A stretch of DNA of 64,000 bases from Polyangiaceae bacterium (GTDB taxonomy: Bacteria; Myxococcota_A; Polyangia; Polyangiales; Polyangiaceae). Below the pieces are notes generated by a model. That model had not been told where the DNA came from. It did no database searches and worked only from the letters and a program-made list of their open reading frames with translations. Position 1 is the first letter of the stretch; every line of letters starts with the position of its first letter. Positions 63,184 to 64,000 of the stretch are shown piece after piece. The DNA is taken from the NCBI GenBank assembly GCA_044376115.1, contig JBILLK010000019.1, forward strand, positions 148,740 to 212,739, given 5' to 3'. The position numbers and the translations under genes are program-made.

Positions 63184-64000
63184 CTCTCGTGCTTGCCCCG
63201 CGCTGGCGCGGGGCCCCGCGCACTCGAGGAGCTAAAGTTGTATGACTTGCGACGCGCTTCGCTCAGCTGGTCTCAGCGGCCACGCTCCGGAGCGACCCCC
63301 TCGGGCCTTCGGTCGCGGGCAGGAGAGAGGAAGAAGCAGAGGGTGAGTCGGAGCGACCCCCTCGGGCCTTCGGACGCGTGGCAGGAGAGGAGAAAGAAGC
63401 AGAGCGCAGTGTTCGCTTTGGTTGGAGTCAGCGACCAATCGATGGTGGCTGGCAGAAGAAGCAGCGCCCCTTCGGCAGGAGATGCTCCATCTCGGGCACG
63501 ACGGGCGGCCGCGGGGGTAGGACTTGCGATGCACGAACGCGAACGGACGCCAATTTGCGGCGATCGGCGTCGCCGCGGTCAGGGCGCGCGGTGGAAGCAC
63601 GCCCCTTCGGCTGGAGATGGTCTATCTCGGCAATCATGGGCGGCTAGCAACAGGCGTACGGCTCTGTACGCGATTGCCTCGGCGCGCGGCCCCGCCGGAG
63701 CGCCGCCGCCTCGTCACCGCCTTTGCGGCACACGCAACCCTGCCGCTGCCTGCCGGCACGTCCCATATCGTCGGTTCGTCCCGCACGACCAGCCTATACG
63801 GCGTGGCCGCTGAGACCAGCTGAGCAAAGCATTGCGCTCTGCTTCTTCCTCTGCCCTCTGCCACCCCGCGACCGAAGGCCCGAGGGGGTCGCTCCGGGGC
63901 GTGGCCGCTTAGACCAGCTGAGCGAAGCGCGTCGCAAGTCATACAACTTTAGCTCCTCGAGTGCGCGGGGCCCCGCGCCAGCGCGGGGCAAGCACGAGAG
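63184..64000. repeat. Long inverted repeat (arms of at least 136 bp) around a ~545-bp spacer; REP/MITE-like composite
   Basis: 63184-63319 is the reverse complement of 63865-64000 with 2 mismatches; the right arm is cut by the window edge. Confidence 0.9.

Overview
64 kb of high-GC bacterial chromosome, very probably a myxobacterium of the Polyangiales/Sorangium type. This is inferred from four Hanks-type Ser/Thr kinases, TPR/PEGA proteins, many Cys-rich lipoproteins and a fused ccoNO. No rRNA, tRNA, CRISPR array or transposase was seen. Left to right: a cbb3 oxidase operon (usp-ccoI-ccoS-ccoNO-ccoQ-ccoP'); TatT plus an aldolase-like gene; a carotenoid operon crtI-crtB with a CruA-family lycopene cyclase; murJ, a stand-alone GATase, tkt, yjbQ, a thioesterase and an MlaF-like ATPase; a putative sigma54-driven surface operon (TPR/PEGA protein, Cys-rich lipoprotein, then two tandem [7x knottin-like lipoprotein + vWA lipoprotein] modules); rlmE with a histone-H1-like tail; an orphan rplC with a structured leader and terminator; a split GtrA/GtrB/DUF2079/sulfatase-like glycosylation locus; a truncated kinase-ATPase fused out of frame to a headless gene; a kinase fused to an AraC-type ligand-binding domain; two complete [membrane Ser/Thr kinase - TPR/PEGA protein - variable lipoprotein] cassettes; and a ~1 kb non-coding composite repeat with 136-bp inverted arms at the right edge. 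The best candidates for an undescribed system are the recurring kinase-TPR/PEGA-lipoprotein cassette and its kinase-less knottin/vWA variant. All family calls come from motif recognition by eye; no searches were run, and some starts were re-chosen from the ORF track.
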